From an uncultured Azospirillaceae bacterium (GTDB lineage Bacteria > Pseudomonadota > Alphaproteobacteria > RF32 > CAG-239): DNA of 64,000 nucleotides. Positions within the stretch are counted from its first letter, which is position 1. The number at the start of each line of letters is the position of its first letter. The position numbers and the translations under genes were made by a program. The stretch is from assembly GCA_964395655.1 (NCBI GenBank), contig CAYNBB010000004.1, positions 2,392-66,391 of the forward strand, read 5' to 3'. Positions 45,881 to 56,225 of this stretch are shown here, piece after piece. The notes under the pieces were generated by a model. That model was not told the DNA's origin. It saw nothing but the letters and a program-made list of their open reading frames with translations, and ran no database searches.

Positions 45881-47022
45881 TGCAATTCCTTGGGATTAAA
45901 ACGCCGGCGCTTGCGAAACATGTTAGGCGTATAGAAAAAGAGCAGCCACAGACAAACGGTACAGGGAATCAGAAGATTCAAATACATCGGTATCAGCCAG
46001 CAGAGATTCTTAGCCGCAAGGTTGCCCAACGCCAGATCAAAGGCCTGAATCAGAACCATGGCGCCGACCGAACAGGAAATGATCTTTATTTGTCCGCGGC
46101 GGTTAAAGTTGCCGACCAGAAGCCCGGTACAGGCAATCAGGGCATAGACAAGGTTTAACAACGGCGTGGTAAAACGTTTGTTGCCTTCGACAAACCAGCG
46201 ACGCGCGTCTTCATAAGAAAGAGATTTGTTGTCAAACGCGCTCAAAAGTTCGCCGAGAGTTTTTTCACGGACGCCTTCGGCTTTTCGGGCTTTGCTTTCC
46301 TTACTGCCGAAATCGACCGAATAACGGTCAAAAGTGACGGAGCTGAATTGGTTGTTTTTGCGGTTGAGTTCCTGTCGGCTGCCGTTGACAAGAATAATGC
46401 GCGGACCCTTGGAAGTATGGACGATGCGTCCGAGTTCGGCCGAAACGGTAGAACGGGTTTTGGGGTTGCGGTCGTCATTAATAAGAATGCCGCCGACCGA
46501 ACCGTCGGGTTCGTGGGTCGTAATGAAGAGGGTAAGCTTGTCTTGAATGGTAGTGAATTCGCCTTCCCGAAACATCAGCTGCGAGACGTCGTTTTTTACT
46601 TTCCATTCCAGGTCTTTGAAAGCGTTTTCGGCGGCGGGAATGCCGATGTTCATAACATAAAAGCCGAACAGCGTCATGGCTAATCCGACCAGCAACGCCG
46701 GCTTGGCGTTTTCCCACGGGCTGATGCCGGCCGCTTTCATAACCGAAAGCTCGCGATCGGACAACATACGGTTGTATACGAACAACACGGCTGCAAACAG
46801 GGATATCGGCGCCAAAATGGTAAAAATACGCGGCATCAGCAAAGACGTCATCTCAATAAAAATTCCCAGAGAGATGCCTTTGTTGGTTATCAACTCGATA
46901 AAACGAAGCGACTGCGTCAGCCAAATGATGGACATCAGACAAAACGCAACCAGCAGAAAACCGACAACAATCTGTTTGGTTATGTACAGGTTTAGTTTTT
47001 TCATGCCGACGATTATAAACAT
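45877..47022 (-). CDS. LPS export ABC permease, LptF/LptG (YjgP/YjgQ) family
   Basis: About 375-381 aa with 6 TM segments and a large periplasmic loop. The N-terminus LNLYITKQIVVGFL is typical. ATGA overlap with lptD. Only one paralogue is present here. Confidence 0.85.
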   Translation of the reverse strand: MFIIVGMKKLNLYITKQIVVGFLLVAFCLMSIIWLTQSLRFIELITNKGISLGIFIEMTSLLMPRIFTILAPISLFAAVLFVYNRMLSDRELSVMKAAGISPWENAKPALLVGLAMTLFGFYVMNIGIPAAENAFKDLEWKVKNDVSQLMFREGEFTTIQDKLTLFITTHEPDGSVGGILINDDRNPKTRSTVSAELGRIVHTSKGPRIILVNGSRQELNRKNNQFSSVTFDRYSVDFGSKESKARKAEGVREKTLGELLSAFDNKSLSYEDARRWFVEGNKRFTTPLLNLVYALIACTGLLVGNFNRRGQIKIISCSVGAMVLIQAFDLALGNLAAKNLCWLIPMYLNLLIPCTVCLWLLFFYTPNMFRKRRRFNPKELQ

Positions 47023-47149
47023 TTTATATGATTTAGAAACATATTTTTTCAGTATTTTAAAAAAATGTATGAAATTTGGGATAAATTAGGTCTTTTTTTA
47101 TAATTCCGCCCCAAAATGAAGAAATCGGACGGGTAAAAGGCGAATCTGC

Positions 47150-47178
47150 TTGAACGGAAAAATTTTTGCCGATATGAT
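47150..47178 (+). promoter_or_regulatory. Candidate sigma-70 promoter of the hydrogenase operon (TTGAAC-17-TATGAT)
   Basis: Canonical spacing, about 38 nt before the hydC ATG, which has an AAAGGAGGAG RBS. Confidence 0.45.
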
Positions 47179-47216
47179 TAACGCATAACAGAAAATCAAC
47201 AAAGGAGGAGACTTTT

Positions 47217-47702
47217 ATGGACGGGAATTCTCTGGGCGCGCAGGTTGCCGCCAAGTGGCGCAAGAAACGCGGTTCTTTAATTATGGCTCTGCATGAAATT
47301 CAGGGCGTCAAAGGGTTCGTTCCGTGGGAAGACGCCATGGATCTGGCGGAGGGAATGGGAATTCCGTTAGCCAGAATTTACGAAGTTCTCACTTTTTATA
47401 ACTTTTTTAAGCTCGATGCGCCGGGCAAAGCCGTTATCTCAGTCTGTACAGGTACGGCTTGTTATTTAAAAGGAAACGATAAAGTTCTCGAAGAATTCAA
47501 AAAAGAACTCGGAATCGGCGAAGGCGAAAGCACTCCCGACAAGATGTTCCATTTGCAGAGCGTCCGTTGCGTCGGTTGCTGCGGTCTGGCTCCGGTTTGC
47601 GTTGTCAACGGCAAGACCTACGGCCGCCTCACTCCGTCGGATGTTCGCGGAATACTGGAAGAATGGCGTAAAAAACTTAGCGAAGACGAGGAGCAGAAAT
47701 AA
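47217..47702 (+). CDS. NuoE-like [2Fe-2S] subunit of a multimeric [FeFe]-hydrogenase (HydC/HndA-type)
   Basis: 161 aa. Thioredoxin-like ferredoxin motifs CTGTACYLKG and CVGCCGLAP. It is the first gene of the three-gene operon. Confidence 0.85.
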   Translation: MDGNSLGAQVAAKWRKKRGSLIMALHEIQGVKGFVPWEDAMDLAEGMGIPLARIYEVLTFYNFFKLDAPGKAVISVCTGTACYLKGNDKVLEEFKKELGIGEGESTPDKMFHLQSVRCVGCCGLAPVCVVNGKTYGRLTPSDVRGILEEWRKKLSEDEEQK

Positions 47703-49396
47703 TGGCTGATACGGATTTGGACAAGAGATTTGACATTCATGAAATCGCTAAGAACAAACTCAAGGATCTGGAGCGTTTTCAATGCAGCATTTACTGCTGC
47801 CATTCGACCGGTTGCAAATCTTCCGGCAGCGACGGCATTATCGATTTGATAAAAAGCGCCGTCGCCGATCACGGCATTGAAGACAAAGTCCGTGTCGTAG
47901 CAACAGGCTGCATGGGACTGTGTGCGCAGGGACCGTTGGTGCGTGTCGAGATTAAAGGACAGAAAGACGTCTTGTACAAACGTATCGAGCCGCTGGTGGC
48001 GCGCCTGATCGTGACCGAACATGTCGTGCCGGCGCTTAATCTCAAAGAAGGTGAGACTTTTGAAGTGCCGCAGTTTTTGCAGGAACATGTTTTGTCTTTG
48101 GATTTGCCGTTTTTTACCAAACAGGAAAAAGTCGTGCTGAAAGATGCCGGACACATGGATCCCGAAGACATTACCGAATATATGGCACACGGCGGATATC
48201 TGGCTTTGGAAAAAGTCTTGAAAACGATGACGCCGGCTCAAGTGGTCGAAGAAATCAAAAAATCCGGTTTGCGCGGCCGCGGCGGCGGCGGTTTCTCAAC
48301 CGGCATGAAATGGGAATTTGCTTCGAAAGTACCGACGATTGACGAAAAGTTTATCATCTGCAACGGCGACGAAGGCGATCCCGGCGCGTATATGGATCGT
48401 TCCATCCTTGAAGGAGATCCGCACTCCGTTATTGAAGGTATGATGATTGCCGCTTATGCCATCGGAGCGACCGAAGGCTGGTTTTATGTCCGCGCCGAAT
48501 ATCCGCTGGCAGTCGAACGGCTTGAAAAAGCGATCAAAGCCTGCAAGAAAAACCGTCTGCTCGGCAACAACATTATGGGTACGGACTTTTGCTTTAACGT
48601 TGATATCCGTCTCGGCGCCGGTGCTTTTGTCTGCGGCGAAGAAACTGCTTTGATTCATTCGATTGAAGGCGCTCGCGGTACGCCGCGCCCGCGTCCGCCG
48701 TATCCGACCAACAAAGGATTATGGAACAAGCCCTCCTGCGTAAACAACGTCGAAACGCTCGGCAATGTACCGAAAATTATTCTCAAGGGCGCCGACTGGT
48801 TTGCTTCTTTCGGTACCGAAACATCCAAAGGAACCAAAGTTTTTGCTTTGACCGGACAAGTTGAGCATTCCGGTTTGATTGAGGTGCCGATGGGAACGAC
48901 AATCAATGAGATTGTCAATGAGATCGGCGGCGGCGTTCCTAACGGCAAAAAGCTCAAAGCCGTTCAGACCGGAGGCCCGTCCGGCGGTGTTATTCCGGTT
49001 GACAAACTCGATTTGCCGGTTTGTTACGAAGAGCTAAAAAAAGTCGGTTCAATTATGGGATCCGGCGGCATGATTGTCATTGACGACTCGCAGGACATGG
49101 CCGGACTGGCAAACTTTTATCTGGACTTCACGGTCGACGAATCCTGTGGCAAATGCGCTCCGTGCCGCATCGGCGGCAAACAGATGTTGCTGTTGCTCGA
49201 AAAAATCAACAAAGGCAAAGGCACCAAACAGGATTTGGCGGATCTGAAACGGGTGGCGACGGCCATGCAGAAAGCTTCTCTGTGCGGTTTGGGACAAACG
49301 GCGCCGAACCCGGTTCTTTCGACGCTCAAGTTTTTTGAGCGGGAATATCTGGACAAACTGGTTGACAACAACCCTGCTTCAAAAAAGGAGAAATAG
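47702..49396 (+). CDS. NuoF-like NAD(P)H/FMN subunit of the [FeFe]-hydrogenase (HydB/HndC-type), without a C-terminal 2x[4Fe-4S] module
   Basis: 564 aa. The N-terminal Trx-like 2Fe-2S domain carries CCHSTGC...GCMGLC. The FMN site is GRGGGGFSTGMKWEF. The single NuoF-type cluster is ESCGKCAPCR...LCGLGQTAPNP. The protein ends about 35 aa later. Confidence 0.9.
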   Translation: MADTDLDKRFDIHEIAKNKLKDLERFQCSIYCCHSTGCKSSGSDGIIDLIKSAVADHGIEDKVRVVATGCMGLCAQGPLVRVEIKGQKDVLYKRIEPLVARLIVTEHVVPALNLKEGETFEVPQFLQEHVLSLDLPFFTKQEKVVLKDAGHMDPEDITEYMAHGGYLALEKVLKTMTPAQVVEEIKKSGLRGRGGGGFSTGMKWEFASKVPTIDEKFIICNGDEGDPGAYMDRSILEGDPHSVIEGMMIAAYAIGATEGWFYVRAEYPLAVERLEKAIKACKKNRLLGNNIMGTDFCFNVDIRLGAGAFVCGEETALIHSIEGARGTPRPRPPYPTNKGLWNKPSCVNNVETLGNVPKIILKGADWFASFGTETSKGTKVFALTGQVEHSGLIEVPMGTTINEIVNEIGGGVPNGKKLKAVQTGGPSGGVIPVDKLDLPVCYEELKKVGSIMGSGGMIVIDDSQDMAGLANFYLDFTVDESCGKCAPCRIGGKQMLLLLEKINKGKGTKQDLADLKRVATAMQKASLCGLGQTAPNPVLSTLKFFEREYLDKLVDNNPASKKEK

Positions 49397-49398
49397 AC

Positions 49399-51168
49399 AT
49401 GGTTAAGCTGAAAATCGACAATTTTGAAGTAGAAGTTCCCGAAGGCACCAGTATTTTGGAAGCCGCTCGCAAAGCGCATATTGACATTCCAACTTTGTGC
49501 AAACATCCCGACGTCGATCCTTCGGCAGGTTGCGGCATGTGCATTGTCAAAGTCAACGGGCGAATCCTGCGTTCCTGTTGTACGCCGGTTGCCGAGGGAA
49601 TGGAAGTTATTACCGGCGACGCTGAAATTGCAGACGTTCGCCGCACGGTGCTGGAATTGATTTTGAGCAATCATCCCAACGAGTGCCTGACGTGTATCCG
49701 CTCCGGTCACTGCGAATTGCAGGACATGGCCAATACTTTCGGCATCGCTTCGTCGCATCTGCCGAGTTTGAACAAAAAATTTGATAAGGACGATTCGACC
49801 GGTGCAATCGTCTTGGATCCGTCCAAGTGCATTGTTTGCGGCCGTTGTGTCGATGTCTGCCAAAATCAGCAAAACGTTTGGGCTTTGAGTTATCTCAATC
49901 GCGGTCTGGCGACGCGGATTACCGCAGCCGGCGGTATTCCTCTGGCAGACAGTCCTTGTATCAAATGCGGACAATGTTCCGCGCATTGTCCGACCGGCGC
50001 GATCGTTGAATTTGACGAGACTCAAAAAGTTTGGGAAATGTTGCGCGATCCGGAAATTTATACGATTGTGCAAATTGCTCCGGCGGTGCGTGTGGCCATC
50101 GGAGAGGAATTCGGTTATGACTTCGGTGAAAATTTGACCGGCAAGACTTATGCCGCTTTGCGCCGGCTGGGCTTTAACCGCGTGTTCGACACTAATTTCG
50201 GCGCCGATTTGACGATTATTGAAGAAGCGACCGAATTTATCGAAAAGTTTACCAAAAATCTCGACAGCCTGCCGATGTTTACATCATGCTGTCCGGCCTG
50301 GGTTGACATGCTTGAAAAGACTTATCCGGATATGATTGAACATTTTTCGACCTGCAAATCGCCGCAATCGATGGTCGGCGCTTTGGCAAAAACCTATTAT
50401 GCCGAAAAGATGTCGATTAATCCCGCCAAAATCAGGGTCGTTTCAATTATGCCCTGTACGGCCAAAAAGTGGGAAATCAAACGCAGTAAAGACATGAGCA
50501 GCTCCGGGTATCAGGATGTTGACGTCTCTCTGACAACGCGCGAACTGTGCCGCATGATTAAACAGGCCGGTATAGATTTTTGCAATTTGCCCGAAGAGAC
50601 TGCCGACAGCCCGCTCGGCGAGTATTCCGGCGCCGGAACCATTTTCGGAGTGACCGGAGGCGTCATGACGGCGGCTCTGCGCACAGCCTATTTCTATATT
50701 ACCGGCGAAGAGCTCGGCAAGATTACGTTTGAAGCGATTGAAGGGTTGGACGGTATCAAAGAAGCCGAAGTTGATATCAAAGGAACCAAGGTACGGATCG
50801 CGGTTGCGCACGGCTGCGGCAATATAGAAACAATGATTGACCGCATTCGGGAGGCAAAAGCCAACGGTGAAGAAACGCCATATCATTTTATTGAAGTGAT
50901 GGCCTGCCGCGGCGGTTGTATCTCCGGCGGCGGACAGCCGTGCGTAATGATGCCGGGACAGCCCAAGCCGCGCGGAATTACCGATGATATCCGCAACAAA
51001 CGTTCGGCCGGTCTGATGAATGAAGACCTGCATGCCGAAAACCGTTTGTCACATCACAACGAATCTGTTAAGACGCTGTATAAAGAATATCTCGGCGAGG
51101 CCGGAGGCGATAAGGCTCATCATTTGCTGCATACGCATTATGTCGCCCGCACTCTTTATAAGAAATGA
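49399..51168 (+). CDS. hydA: [FeFe]-hydrogenase catalytic subunit (HydA, M3-type)
   Basis: 589 aa. The H-cluster motifs are TSCCPAW, MPCTAKKWE and EVMACRGGCISGGGQP. The N-terminal 2Fe-2S region has LCKH..GCGMC. The His-ligated cluster is NHPNECLTCIRSGHCELQ. The two 4Fe-4S motifs are CIVCGRCVDVC and CIKCGQCSAHCP. Confidence 0.94.
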   Translation: MVKLKIDNFEVEVPEGTSILEAARKAHIDIPTLCKHPDVDPSAGCGMCIVKVNGRILRSCCTPVAEGMEVITGDAEIADVRRTVLELILSNHPNECLTCIRSGHCELQDMANTFGIASSHLPSLNKKFDKDDSTGAIVLDPSKCIVCGRCVDVCQNQQNVWALSYLNRGLATRITAAGGIPLADSPCIKCGQCSAHCPTGAIVEFDETQKVWEMLRDPEIYTIVQIAPAVRVAIGEEFGYDFGENLTGKTYAALRRLGFNRVFDTNFGADLTIIEEATEFIEKFTKNLDSLPMFTSCCPAWVDMLEKTYPDMIEHFSTCKSPQSMVGALAKTYYAEKMSINPAKIRVVSIMPCTAKKWEIKRSKDMSSSGYQDVDVSLTTRELCRMIKQAGIDFCNLPEETADSPLGEYSGAGTIFGVTGGVMTAALRTAYFYITGEELGKITFEAIEGLDGIKEAEVDIKGTKVRIAVAHGCGNIETMIDRIREAKANGEETPYHFIEVMACRGGCISGGGQPCVMMPGQPKPRGITDDIRNKRSAGLMNEDLHAENRLSHHNESVKTLYKEYLGEAGGDKAHHLLHTHYVARTLYKK

Positions 51169-51279
51169 GAAAGTTGACATAACGCCTCATCCGGGACAAT
51201 TAGTTCAAGCGGGAGCTGCTGTTGCGGCTCCCGGAGGAACGAAATCTATTGCGAATTCTTAAAAAAATACGTTAATTTA

Positions 51280-51288
51280 TGATATAAT
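51280..51288 (+). promoter_or_regulatory. Extended -10 element (TGaTATAAT) 6 nt before the GNAT ATG; possible leaderless transcript
   Basis: No Shine-Dalgarno sequence lies between it and the ATG at 51295. The -10-to-ATG distance matches the usual -10-to-TSS distance. Confidence 0.35.
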
Positions 51289-51294
51289 TTCGAT

Positions 51295-51822
51295 ATGAAA
51301 CATTTAGGAACGATAAAGATACACACGGAAAGATTAACCTTGCGGCCTTTTACAATGAAAGATGCCGCGATGATGTTCGCTAATTGGGCAAACGACGAAG
51401 ATGTTACAAGATATGTGCCTTGGGATCCTCACGGTTCAATTGATATAACAAAAGAGATCTTAACGGAATGGACAAACGGCTATAAGAACCTCAATTTTTA
51501 TGAATGGTGTATTGAATACAAAGGTGAAGCCATTGGTAACATTGATGTTATGAAAATAAATGAAGAATTAAAAAAAGCCAAGATTGGCTATTGTCTAGGT
51601 AAAAAATGGTGGCACCAGGGGATAACATCCGAAGCTCTTTTGCATATAAAAAATTTTCTTATTGATAAAATTGGCTTTGAACATCTGTGGGCATGTCATC
51701 ATATTGAAAATCCTAATTCAGGATTAGTTCTTGCAAAATGTGGTTTTCATTATGTTTGTGAAGTTGATGATTGTGAAAAATATATGAACATGGGATCGAA
51801 AGTTGTCATTTATGAGTATTAA
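51295..51822 (+). CDS. GNAT-family N-acetyltransferase (RimJ/RimL-like)
   Basis: 175 aa. Contains RLTLRPFTMKDA...W.NDEDVTRY and IGYCLGKKWWHQGITSEAL. The gene is markedly AT-rich. Confidence 0.85.
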   Translation: MKHLGTIKIHTERLTLRPFTMKDAAMMFANWANDEDVTRYVPWDPHGSIDITKEILTEWTNGYKNLNFYEWCIEYKGEAIGNIDVMKINEELKKAKIGYCLGKKWWHQGITSEALLHIKNFLIDKIGFEHLWACHHIENPNSGLVLAKCGFHYVCEVDDCEKYMNMGSKVVIYEY

Positions 51823-51906
51823 ACAGGCGGTTTCTTAAAACCTCTGCTTTCTGGCATATTTCTTTTATTTTTCAAAAAAATTTCAAAGAGACTTCTATAA
51901 ATAAGC

Positions 51907-51939
51907 AAAACCGACCTTTGATATTTTCAGGTCGGTTTT
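51907..51939. terminator. Bidirectional terminator between the convergent GNAT and ahcY genes
   Basis: aaaaccgacct-ttgatattttc-aggtcggtttt: a 9-bp core stem with A/T runs on both sides. Confidence 0.7.
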
Positions 51940-51970
51940 TTGATTAAAGTAAATTTTATAAAAACGCTGC

Positions 51971-53302
<1,332 letters not shown>

Positions 53303-53468
53303 TTATTTCAATAAGTTTATACTTTTTAACATTTCGTACAAATAGTAATTCGGAACATGCTGATAAGCATACTTTCCCGACATTTAAAACACTTTCGTTC
53401 AAACTGTTCTTAAAATACATTGAGTTCGCCTGTCTCGGAAAAAGTGGCTGTGGATTCTGATATGTCCC

Positions 53469-53549
53469 CCGGAAATCAGATAATAAAAATTCCGGGGTGG
53501 TAAGCGGAGCTTAAAAAAATGACATCGGTTCAATACCGATGTCATTTTT
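53469..53549. repeat. Copy 2 of the ~81-nt dispersed intergenic element with terminator hairpin
   Basis: Near-identical to 10441..10521. The hairpin is atgacatcggt-tcaat-accgatgtcat, with A7/T7 runs. The T-run abuts the ptsN stop codon. Confidence 0.85.
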
Positions 53550-53999
53550 TTAGTCTTCGTTGTTAAGTAAGGCAAACAACTCTACCGGCTTGTATATTTG
53601 GCGAAGTTTTCGGCACAGGTTTTCGTTTTTGAGAATGCGGGAAAGTTTGGCCAGAGCGGTCAGGTGGTCAGCACCGTTGCCTTCGGGAGAAAGCAGCGCG
53701 AAAACCAGATCGACCGGCTTCCCGTCAATTGCGTCAAAATCAAGGGGGGACGCCGGTTTTGCCAAAAAGGCGTAAACCCGGTCCAATCCTTCGAAACGTC
53801 CGTGAGGCAGAGCCGTGCCGCCGCCAAATCCGGTAGAGCCGAGGTTTTCTCTTTCAAGCAGATTATCAAAAACAGTGCGTTCATCCAAGCCTGTCTGCTT
53901 TGCCGCAAGGGATGACAGCTCTTGTAAAAATTCACGCTTGGAATTCGATTTAATGCCGATAAAAATATTTTTTTCGGTCATTATGTCTGCAATGTTCAT
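53550..53999 (-). CDS. ptsN: Nitrogen-related PTS EIIA (PtsN)
   Basis: 149 aa. The active-site region is GGGTALPHGR. It sits after hpf, as expected. Confidence 0.9.
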   Translation of the reverse strand: MNIADIMTEKNIFIGIKSNSKREFLQELSSLAAKQTGLDERTVFDNLLERENLGSTGFGGGTALPHGRFEGLDRVYAFLAKPASPLDFDAIDGKPVDLVFALLSPEGNGADHLTALAKLSRILKNENLCRKLRQIYKPVELFALLNNED

Positions 54000-54027
54000 A
54001 ATAAAGCCTCTTGCTTATTAATTTATA

Positions 54028-54585
54028 TTATTCTTTGGGTTCAACCCAGCCGATGTTGCCGTCTTTGCGGCGGTATACCATGTTGAACTTGTTGTCGGCG
54101 CTGTTTTTAAACATCAGGGCAACTTCGTCATTCAAATCCATATACATGACCGCTTCCGAAACCGTGCAGACAGGAATGTTTGCTTCCAATTCGGCAATCG
54201 TCAACGGGGCGTCGGCGATTTCGACTTCTTCGGCGCTTTCGTCAATCGAGAAAACGGCTTCGTTGGCAATTTCGGCAAGGCCGGTTTTGCCTTTGTGGTC
54301 GTTCAGTCTTGTTTTGTGACGGCGCAAACGGGTTGCGATATGTTCGTTGGCTGCGTCAAAAGCAGAATAAGGGTCGCCGGCGGTACCGGTGCCTTTGAGA
54401 ATGATGTTTTTCGCAGGATGAACCGTAACTTCGGCAATGAAGTTGTCTTTTTCTTTGCTGAAAACGACGTTGCAGCTGACCGGAGCCGGGAAATATTTGT
54501 TTACGGCGTTCAAAACGTTTTCTTCAACATGCTGACGAAGTCTTTCGCCAATGTCAACTTGATTTCCAGATAATGTGATTTTCAT
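54028..54585 (-). CDS. hpf: Ribosome hibernation promoting factor (long HPF)
   Basis: About 185 aa. The N-terminal sigma-54-modulation-protein fold reads ITLSGNQVDIGERLRQHVE. The C-terminal dimerisation domain reads FNMVYRRKDGNIGWVEP. Confidence 0.9.
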   Translation of the reverse strand: MKITLSGNQVDIGERLRQHVEENVLNAVNKYFPAPVSCNVVFSKEKDNFIAEVTVHPAKNIILKGTGTAGDPYSAFDAANEHIATRLRRHKTRLNDHKGKTGLAEIANEAVFSIDESAEEVEIADAPLTIAELEANIPVCTVSEAVMYMDLNDEVALMFKNSADNKFNMVYRRKDGNIGWVEPKE

Positions 54586-54725
54586 AATTCTTCCTTGCAA
54601 AATATATATTAAAATTTTTGACGCTTTAGAGTTAATAACTAAAATTTGTAAGCATTCAAACAGTTTGTTACAAATACAATTTTATTTTATCAAAGTCAAT
54701 ATAAAAGTCAAGTTCGGCAGCGGGC

Positions 54726-56198
54726 TTATCTACGCTTTTGACGCTTGCGTTCCGCAGAGGTCGGCAGCTTGAGAGCTTCCCGGTATTTGGCGACGGTGCG
54801 ACGGGCAATCTTTATGCCTTCGCCGGCCAAAAGGGTGACAATATTGTCGTCGGAGAGGATGGCGTCAGGCGTTTCGGCTTCGATCAGCCGGCGGATTTTG
54901 TGTTTGATGCTTAGCGTTGAGGTGTCTTCTTTTCCTATATAGCTGCCTGCCGCCTGTGAGAAAAAATATTTAAGTTCGAAAATTCCGCGCGGCGTGTGCA
55001 TATATTTGCGATTTGTAACGCGGCTGACTGTACTTTCGTGCATTTCCAGGTTATATGCAATGTCTTTCAGGCTCAACGGCCTAAGGTAATCGAGGCCTTT
55101 TTCAAAAAACGGCATCTGAAGACGGACAATTTCTTCGCTGACGCGCAAAATCGTTTCTGCGCGCTGGTGCATGGCCTTGATCAGAAAACCGGCGTGACGG
55201 AGGTTTTCGTTAAGGAAGCGTTTGGAGGATCGGTCACGCTTCAGAATATCCGTATAATAGGAACGGTTAATCAGCAGGCGGGGAAGAGACATGTTGTTGA
55301 GTTCGACACGGTAGTCTCCGAGCGCGTTGCGCTTTACGAAAACGTCGGGTATTACGTAAGCGGCAATATCGTTGTCGTATTTTTCCAAAGGCTTGGGATT
55401 AAGCGCTTTGATGTCGGCAATCATTTCGTTCAGCTCTTCCGCATCTGCCATGCATATCTTTTGCAGTTCTTTAAATTTACGTTCGGCCAGCAGACCGAGG
55501 TTGTCAAGCAGTTTGGCAATGACGGGATCATAACGATTGTTGTCTTTGAGCTGGATTGTCAGGCATTCTTTGAGATCGCGCGCAAAAATTCCCGACGGTT
55601 CGAAGGCCTGGAGCTGACTTAAAACCCCGGCAACTTCGTTTTGTGTTGAGTGCAGGCGGTTTGCGATTTGTGCAATGTCGCCGCGGAAATATCCCGCAGC
55701 GTCAAGTTGCTCGCTTAAGAGGCGGGCGATAATTCGCTGTTTCGGCGAGGCAATGTTGAGTTCAATTTGTCGTTCAAGCAACTCATAAACGGAAACGGTG
55801 TCGGCCAGTTTTTTTTCACAATAATCAAAGTTTTCGTCGAGGTTTCGGTTCTTGCCGCGGTTGTAATCGTTCCAGTCGCCAGGGCTTTCTTCGTAGCCGG
55901 TGCTGTCGCTTCCGGAGTCGCCGAAATTTGAATCGTAATCGATGTTGTCGGGGGCAAATTCGTCTTCGGCGGCCGGAGGTTCGGAATCATAGTCGTCAAT
56001 CGTCGGTACGGAAGTCGGAACATCGTCCGAAGCGGAATCCTCTTCGCGTTCGAGCAGCGGGTTTTTGACCAGTTCCTGTTCGATAACCTCGGAAAGCTCC
56101 AAATTGGACATTTGCAACAGATTAATCGCCTGACGCAGTTGCGGCGTCATTAACAGGGACTGAGACTGCCGTATTTCCAGCTTGGGCGTGAGAGCCAT
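54726..56198 (-). CDS. rpoN: RNA polymerase sigma-54 factor
   Basis: 490 aa. The N-terminus reads LEIRQSQSLLMTPQLRQAINLLQMSNLEL, and the C-terminal RpoN box reads ARRTVAKYRE. Confidence 0.96.
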   Translation of the reverse strand: MALTPKLEIRQSQSLLMTPQLRQAINLLQMSNLELSEVIEQELVKNPLLEREEDSASDDVPTSVPTIDDYDSEPPAAEDEFAPDNIDYDSNFGDSGSDSTGYEESPGDWNDYNRGKNRNLDENFDYCEKKLADTVSVYELLERQIELNIASPKQRIIARLLSEQLDAAGYFRGDIAQIANRLHSTQNEVAGVLSQLQAFEPSGIFARDLKECLTIQLKDNNRYDPVIAKLLDNLGLLAERKFKELQKICMADAEELNEMIADIKALNPKPLEKYDNDIAAYVIPDVFVKRNALGDYRVELNNMSLPRLLINRSYYTDILKRDRSSKRFLNENLRHAGFLIKAMHQRAETILRVSEEIVRLQMPFFEKGLDYLRPLSLKDIAYNLEMHESTVSRVTNRKYMHTPRGIFELKYFFSQAAGSYIGKEDTSTLSIKHKIRRLIEAETPDAILSDDNIVTLLAGEGIKIARRTVAKYREALKLPTSAERKRQKRR

Positions 56199-56225
56199 TG
56201 CAAAATCCTCAGAGTTGCAGAGGGG

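Noticed and set aside
49117-50073. 318-aa ORF antisense to hydA, with similar long antisense ORFs at 29811..30779 (miaB), 15905..16693 (murG), 12835..13581 (ftsA), 43457..44026 (lptD) and 10512..11096 (ftsZ)
   Set aside because: All are nested in well-supported genes on the other strand. They have arginine/phenylalanine-rich nonsense-like translations and lack ribosome-binding sites.
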